Assembly: GCA_937124965.1 (NCBI GenBank) | Contig: CAKZLB010000013.1 | Span: 580,694-644,693 of the forward strand | Direction of reading: 5' to 3' | Source: an uncultured Bacteroidota bacterium | GTDB taxonomy: Bacteria > Bacteroidota > Bacteroidia > NS11-12g > UBA9320 | Length of the DNA: 64,000 bases | Shown here: positions 58,801 to 64,000 of the stretch, piece after piece | Position numbering within the stretch: the stretch's first letter is position 1 | Layout of the letters: each line of letters starts with the position of its first letter | The notes under the pieces: generated by a model | What the model was told of the DNA's origin: nothing | The model's database searches: none | Seen by the model: only the letters and a program-made list of their open reading frames with translations | Program-made: the position numbers and the translations under genes

Positions 58801-59169
58801 TTGATTTTTAATATGAAAATTCGCATAAAAGGTGACACTATAAGGTTGCGATTAAGTCAAACCGAAGTTGATGAAATCGCACAATTAAAACCAGTGATTG
58901 AAACAACTCACTTTGCTGCATCAGAGTTGCGTTATTGTTTGACGACACATGAAAAGAGTGCCACACAAGCAGTGTTCGAAAACAATCAAATCACAGTTTA
59001 TATTAATTGTGATATTGCGAAACAGTGGGCATCAACCGATCAAGTTGGCATTGAAACAGATTCGTCAGTCACACCATCGGTTTTGGTAGAAAAAGACTTT
59101 CAATGCTTGACGGTTCGCGAAGGTGAGGATGAGTCGGATTTATTCACCAACCCAAATACTAGTTGTTAA
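58801..59169 (+). CDS. hypothetical protein; its stop abuts the moaA start codon
   Basis: ORF only (122 aa). Stop codon directly abuts the moaA ATG, which suggests co-transcription and translational coupling. Confidence 0.4.
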   Translation: MIFNMKIRIKGDTIRLRLSQTEVDEIAQLKPVIETTHFAASELRYCLTTHEKSATQAVFENNQITVYINCDIAKQWASTDQVGIETDSSVTPSVLVEKDFQCLTVREGEDESDLFTNPNTSC

Positions 59170-60153
59170 ATGGCATTAATAGACTCGCACGGTAGAACAA
59201 TTAATTATGTAAGACTTGCAGTAACTGATCGTTGCAACTTGCGCTGTACGTATTGTATGCCCCAGGAAGGAATCGACTTCGTTTCTCGTCAGAAGCTGTT
59301 GAGTTATGAAGAAATGATTCGATTATTGAAAATATTCAAAACACTTCAAGTCAACAAGTTACGTATTACAGGTGGAGAGCCGTTGGTTCGAAAAGGGTTA
59401 TTACAATTTCTTAGCGAAATATCAGATCAAGAAATTATGCCTGGATTTCACCTCACAACTAATGCCACGTTAACACTACCACACATTGAAATATTAAAAG
59501 ATGTTGGATTAAAAAGTGTTAATATTAGCTTAGACACCTTGGATGCAAAGCGTTTTATTGACATTACACGAAGAGACCAGCTAGATGAAGTGCTAGCGTC
59601 TATCAACGGTTTTTACCAAAATGATATTCCCGTAAAAATAAACATGGTTGTAACAAAGGGAATGAATGACGAAGATATTCTTCCGATGGCACAATTGGCA
59701 GAACATCGTAACATTCAGGTTCGTTTTTTGGAAGAGATGCCATTTAACGGAACCAATGAAACCAAAACCCATTTTTTTACACACCACGAGATAAAAGAAA
59801 TTTTGGAAAAGGGGTTACCACCTCTTAAATCTCTGCCTTTTACAAAGGGTGGAACCAGTCAAAATTATAGCGTTGATGGGTGGAAAGGAGATATTGGAAT
59901 CATTGCCTCCTATTCACGAACTTTTTGTGGTAGTTGTAATCGTGTTCGTGTAACGCCAACAGGTCAACTCAAGACATGTTTATACGGAAATCATGTGTTG
60001 GACTTGCGACAATTGCTAAGAAACGGCAGCTCCGACCTGGAGATTGCAGATTCGATCAAACAAGTTGTTGCTGGAAAACCAATGGATGGATTTGAAGCAG
60101 AAAGAAGCCGCTTCGTCGATATAACAGAGAGCATGGCTACGATAGGAGGTTAA
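59170..60153 (+). CDS. moaA: GTP 3',8-cyclase (radical SAM molybdenum-cofactor biosynthesis enzyme)
   Basis: CNLRCTYC radical-SAM cluster motif near the N-terminus and a C-terminal second-cluster Cys triad (CGSCNRVRVTPTGQLKTCLY). 327 aa. Confidence 0.9.
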   Translation: MALIDSHGRTINYVRLAVTDRCNLRCTYCMPQEGIDFVSRQKLLSYEEMIRLLKIFKTLQVNKLRITGGEPLVRKGLLQFLSEISDQEIMPGFHLTTNATLTLPHIEILKDVGLKSVNISLDTLDAKRFIDITRRDQLDEVLASINGFYQNDIPVKINMVVTKGMNDEDILPMAQLAEHRNIQVRFLEEMPFNGTNETKTHFFTHHEIKEILEKGLPPLKSLPFTKGGTSQNYSVDGWKGDIGIIASYSRTFCGSCNRVRVTPTGQLKTCLYGNHVLDLRQLLRNGSSDLEIADSIKQVVAGKPMDGFEAERSRFVDITESMATIGG

Positions 60154-60157
60154 TCGA

Positions 60158-61339
60158 ATGATTACAGTTAATCAAGCAGAAGAAATTATTTTAGATCACT
60201 TAGGTTCGTTTGGAATTGAAACGATTCCTTTTGAGCAGAGTTTAGAGCGGGTGCTTGCAGAAGATATAGGTGCAGACAGAGATTTCCCACCGTTTGATCG
60301 TGTTGCAATGGATGGGATTTGCATTCGATATGCAGATTTTGAAAGTGGACAAAGAAGTTTTGAAATTGCTGGCGTCCAACCTGCGGGCAGTCCCTCGTTG
60401 CAGTTAAACAGTGGCCAAGCCATAGAAATAATGACAGGTTCGATGCTTTCGACCGACGCTGATACCGTAATTCGATATGAAGACTTACGTATTGAGAGCG
60501 GTGTAGCAACGATTCAAATTGATGATGTCGAATACGGCCAAAATATTCATAAACAGGGCAGTGATAGAAAGAAGGACAGTGTAATTCTTAAAAAAAATAC
60601 ATCAATAAATTCTGCTGTTATTGGCGTACTAACAACAGTAGGAAAATTGTTAGTTGATGTTTACAAAGCTCCAAACGTTACAATAGTAAGTACTGGAGAT
60701 GAGCTGGTTGACGTCGAAGATCGACCATTACCACATCAAATTCGCAAAAGCAATGTACACACGTTGCGTGCTTTACTACTGCGATATGGAATTGTTGCGC
60801 GCTTGGTTCATTTGAAGGACGACAAAGCGCAACTAGAAAAAACATTGAGCGAAATTTTAACATCAAACGATGTTGTGCTTTTGAGTGGTGCGGTAAGCAA
60901 GGGGAAATTTGACTTCGTTCCAGAGATAATGGAGCGCCTGGGAGTTAGGAAACTATTTCATCGTGTTGAGCAGCGCCCTGGCAAGCCATTTTGGTTTGGG
61001 ATTCAGGGCAACACCCGTGTTTTTGCATTTCCTGGAAATCCCGTTTCCACGTTTGTCTGTGCGATACGATTTTTTGAGCCTTGGCTCAAAAAATCGCTTC
61101 AACTACAACCTGAATTTGAAATGGCAATTCTTGGTGAGGATGTTCAATTTCGTCCAAACCTAACGTACTTTTTGCAGGTTAAACTAACAAATTCTAATGG
61201 GACATTAATTGCTCAGCCTATAAAAGGTAATGGTTCCGGAGACTTAGCGAATTTGGTAAATGTGGATGCATTTATGGAGTTGCCACCTGACCGAAACACA
61301 TTTCTTAAAGGGGAGGGTTTTCGTGTTTGGAGGTTTTGA
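60158..61339 (+). CDS. moeA: molybdopterin molybdotransferase
   Basis: MoeA N-terminal region (…LERVLAEDIGADRDFPPFDRVAMDGI…). MoCF-biosynthesis domain (…VVLLSGAVSKGKFDF…). 393 aa. Confidence 0.8.
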   Translation: MITVNQAEEIILDHLGSFGIETIPFEQSLERVLAEDIGADRDFPPFDRVAMDGICIRYADFESGQRSFEIAGVQPAGSPSLQLNSGQAIEIMTGSMLSTDADTVIRYEDLRIESGVATIQIDDVEYGQNIHKQGSDRKKDSVILKKNTSINSAVIGVLTTVGKLLVDVYKAPNVTIVSTGDELVDVEDRPLPHQIRKSNVHTLRALLLRYGIVARLVHLKDDKAQLEKTLSEILTSNDVVLLSGAVSKGKFDFVPEIMERLGVRKLFHRVEQRPGKPFWFGIQGNTRVFAFPGNPVSTFVCAIRFFEPWLKKSLQLQPEFEMAILGEDVQFRPNLTYFLQVKLTNSNGTLIAQPIKGNGSGDLANLVNVDAFMELPPDRNTFLKGEGFRVWRF

Positions 61340-61621
61340 TTCGTCGCTCACGTGGTTCTGTTCTTAACCGAAATTATTCAATTCACTCTGAATGACGTTG
61401 TAGGCAAGTATGTGTTCATTTCGAACTGTACGCCCTCGTGGAGGCAAAACCTCATTGATCACGTCACTCAGAGGCTTGCCTGTTGCAGACAGGGAGGCAC
61501 GACCGAAGAGTCTCCAGTTAGACTTCTGAGTCTACAAAAGCCAAGTTTTATCGCTTTTTTGACCTCTTCCTATACACTTCACTTCTACATTTTGAAATCA
61601 GTAGTCTAAAATCAGAAATCC

Positions 61622-62713
61622 ATGAAGTTTACGTTATTTGTCCATATGAAAAAACTTTTGACATTGTCGTTACTCATAGTTTCCATTGGGACAAATGCGC
61701 AAATCCAGGTTACCGATTCATTGATTGATTCGTTCTTAAAAACGAAGATTACAGATATAAGTCAAAAATTATATCTAGCTGCATTAAATAAGAAAGTTAA
61801 CGTTTATTGGAATGACTCGTTTAACACCCCAATACCTTTGAATGATCTTAAAACCGTTGGAAGTTATGAGTATTATATAGCCTCTGAAGAAGATTTAGCT
61901 GATACAACACATGTAATTCCCTTTGAATTCACCACTGATCTGAGAGGCTTTACGACGGTCTACACCTCTTCTACAGATGTTAAACATGGAACAATTTCAT
62001 ATCAATTACAAGGAATCGGTCCAATGTACACACTTATCGCTGGGGAAGGCATTGAATTGGGATTGACACAGTTGTTTCTTGCTAAAAGAAGTTCCTTTAA
62101 AAAGGCTTTATCAAAATCGGAAGTATCAATACTCAGCAGTATCATTTCTCAAACCTCACAGTTTGGTGATTTTAGAATTGTAGGTGAAAAATATTACGAA
62201 GCAACGCCAATAGAAGTCGCAACTGAGAATGCATTTAGGTCAATTCAATCAAGCAAGCAAATGGTTTATCATCGGACAACATTTACAGAAAATACGATTC
62301 AGTTATCGCAATACAATCAGCACTTGAATTCTTTGGTTATGAGCCGCATAGCTTCTGAACAAGAACCGAAATACAAGGTGGAAAAATATTTATTTCAAGA
62401 TCTTAAATTGACAAAGCCTTATACCAATCCAGGGTATGAACTTAGAACAGGGCTTCATACACAATATGGTGACGAAACTGGTGAATTAAAGGATACTTTT
62501 ATTGAAGTTAACAATGAGTTTTTTGAAAAATATGAATACTCCGTTCATAAGGTTGGTGGACAATTCATTCTTGATTTCACTATTGAGCAATATGGTTACA
62601 CCTACAAAAACGGCCACGTATATATGTCTTTCGATGACGTCAAGGCTCTTTACCCTAAACACGATCGAATTGTAATGGAAGCTTTTTTCAATTATTTGTT
62701 TGAAGGAAGATAG
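61622..62713 (+). CDS. secreted hypothetical protein, first of two tandem paralogs with near-identical N- and C-termini
   Basis: Signal peptide MKFTLFVHMKKLLTLSLLIVSIGTNAQ. N-terminal ~50 aa and C-terminal ~22 aa (…KALYPKHDRIVMEAFFNYLFEGR) are shared almost exactly with the next gene. The central region is divergent. Confidence 0.6.
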   Translation: MKFTLFVHMKKLLTLSLLIVSIGTNAQIQVTDSLIDSFLKTKITDISQKLYLAALNKKVNVYWNDSFNTPIPLNDLKTVGSYEYYIASEEDLADTTHVIPFEFTTDLRGFTTVYTSSTDVKHGTISYQLQGIGPMYTLIAGEGIELGLTQLFLAKRSSFKKALSKSEVSILSSIISQTSQFGDFRIVGEKYYEATPIEVATENAFRSIQSSKQMVYHRTTFTENTIQLSQYNQHLNSLVMSRIASEQEPKYKVEKYLFQDLKLTKPYTNPGYELRTGLHTQYGDETGELKDTFIEVNNEFFEKYEYSVHKVGGQFILDFTIEQYGYTYKNGHVYMSFDDVKALYPKHDRIVMEAFFNYLFEGR

Positions 62714-62838
62714 CATTACGACGTTTAATGAAAAATGAATAGTGAAAAACGTACAATAGTCAGGTCTATTCAGGGATATACAGGATTCCACCTTCCAACC
62801 TTCTCCATTCTGAAATCATTTATCAAAATCAGAAATCC

Positions 62839-63921
62839 ATGAAGTTTTCGTTATTTGTTTACATGAAAAATCTATTAACCGTGATTTTGTCCGTGACTTC
62901 CTTTATGGCATCGGCTCAAATACAGGTCACCGATTCGTTGATTGAGTCATTTTTAAAAACGAAGATTATAGATATCAGCCAGAAGATTTATAAAGCAGCT
63001 TTGGATGGGGAGGTGACAGCTTTTTATACTGACTCTTTATCTAAAAAAATATTCCCAGCTGAGATCTCGAAATTTGGTAATGAATCAATCTTGGTTTTGG
63101 AAGATGACCTTGGTCCGATAGATTCAACTATAATTGTTCCTTTCGATGTTGAAAAGGATATTGCTGGAGTGACGATGGTATACTCGGCAAGTCCAGGTGA
63201 TGACAAATACTCAAAAATAGAAAAGCTCAATTATATAGGAATTCTGCATCCTTATATTCTTTACGACATTGACTTAGGGACGACCTCACTTTTTTACTGC
63301 CCACTCAAAGATTTAGAGGGTTTATTGGACTCAAATGAAATGACCTTTCTACTAAGTGTTATTTCACAAAACAAAGGATTAAGTCTAATAAATTACTCAT
63401 CCGAAATGAGACATTTCGTTGACCCGTATGACCTCCCAAAGAAAATACAAAATCACAAAATTCGGGGTTCGATAAATGATAATTATATATTTTATGAAAG
63501 CAAAATCGATTTAAGCAAAAATATAACGTTTATCAGCAAGTACAACTTGGGCGTACTTTCTATAATCTTAAATCAACTTATTGAAACGACAGCGAGACCG
63601 TTCAATGACCATGAGATATTTTTTAGTGATAACGAACTGACAAAGAAAATCACAAAACCACTTAGCAATTTAGTCTGTTCTCGCAACTATGAAAGCGGTT
63701 GGGTAATATATTCGGATGTATCCACTCTTGACCACTGGTATACTTATTCATTTTACAAATTGAACAATGATATTGTCATAAAGCTACACCTTGACCGTTC
63801 TGAATGTGATGAGGACGATATTCAGTTTTTTGTATCGTACAATTCCATTAAAGCACTTTACCCAAAACATGATCGAATTGTAATGGAAGCATTTTTTAAT
63901 TATTTGTTTGAAGGAAGGTAA
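62839..63921 (+). CDS. secreted hypothetical protein, second tandem paralog
   Basis: Signal peptide MKFSLFVYMKNLLTVILSVTSFMASAQ. Conserved IQVTDSLIESFLKTKIIDISQK… N-terminus. Identical C-terminal KALYPKHDRIVMEAFFNYLFEGR. The upstream ~40 nt (aaatcagaaatccATGaag) is also shared with copy 1. Confidence 0.6.
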   Translation: MKFSLFVYMKNLLTVILSVTSFMASAQIQVTDSLIESFLKTKIIDISQKIYKAALDGEVTAFYTDSLSKKIFPAEISKFGNESILVLEDDLGPIDSTIIVPFDVEKDIAGVTMVYSASPGDDKYSKIEKLNYIGILHPYILYDIDLGTTSLFYCPLKDLEGLLDSNEMTFLLSVISQNKGLSLINYSSEMRHFVDPYDLPKKIQNHKIRGSINDNYIFYESKIDLSKNITFISKYNLGVLSIILNQLIETTARPFNDHEIFFSDNELTKKITKPLSNLVCSRNYESGWVIYSDVSTLDHWYTYSFYKLNNDIVIKLHLDRSECDEDDIQFFVSYNSIKALYPKHDRIVMEAFFNYLFEGR

Positions 63922-64000
63922 AAAGAGACGATGCGTTAATGCTGAAATGCGACAATGTTAACAATTTGGAATCTTGATCTAGGCTTCAACTTTCGAACTT

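Noticed and set aside
61352-61609. 85-aa ORF upstream of the first tandem paralog
   Set aside because: No conserved features. The region is better explained as the promoter/leader shared by the paralog family.
1-64000. CRISPR arrays, rRNA genes, IS elements, integrases
   Set aside because: No regularly spaced direct repeats, rRNA signatures or transposase/integrase-like ORFs found on either strand. The accessory character of the 30-35 kb region therefore rests on gene content and the tRNA-derived sequence only.

Overview
This 64-kb window looks like chromosomal DNA from a Bacteroidota member (Flavobacteriia/Cytophagia-like) with low GC. Supporting signs are T9SS C-terminal sorting domains of both type A and type B, a Bacteroidetes-style TAnnTTTG promoter, a LysS with a C-terminal extension and a split metH. 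I found no rRNA, CRISPR array, transposase or integrase. Housekeeping genes are lysS, sucD, metH behind a SAM-I riboswitch, mfd, kynU, lpdA, moaA, moeA and a paaABCD phenylacetyl-CoA epoxidase cluster with a TetR regulator. Accessory material is interleaved between them. It includes seven predicted T9SS cargo proteins, three of them over 1,390 aa, an alpha-2-macroglobulin plus outer-membrane barrel pair, two ECF sigma modules and a TPR/caspase lipoprotein. The most unusual region is 30.2-35.1 kb, where RtcB RNA ligase and a cytoplasmic SPFH protein sit divergent from a WYL regulator fused to a PhyH-type Fe(II)/2OG dioxygenase. The 840-bp gap between them holds a circularly permuted tRNA-derived sequence. 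Other oddities are a secreted T9SS protein translationally coupled inside the paa operon, an anti-sigma-like protein carrying a T9SS type-B domain upstream of a 1,922-aa adhesin, and tandem secreted paralogs with near-identical termini at the window end. All calls rest on reading motifs in the sequence and the ORF translations; I ran no database searches.
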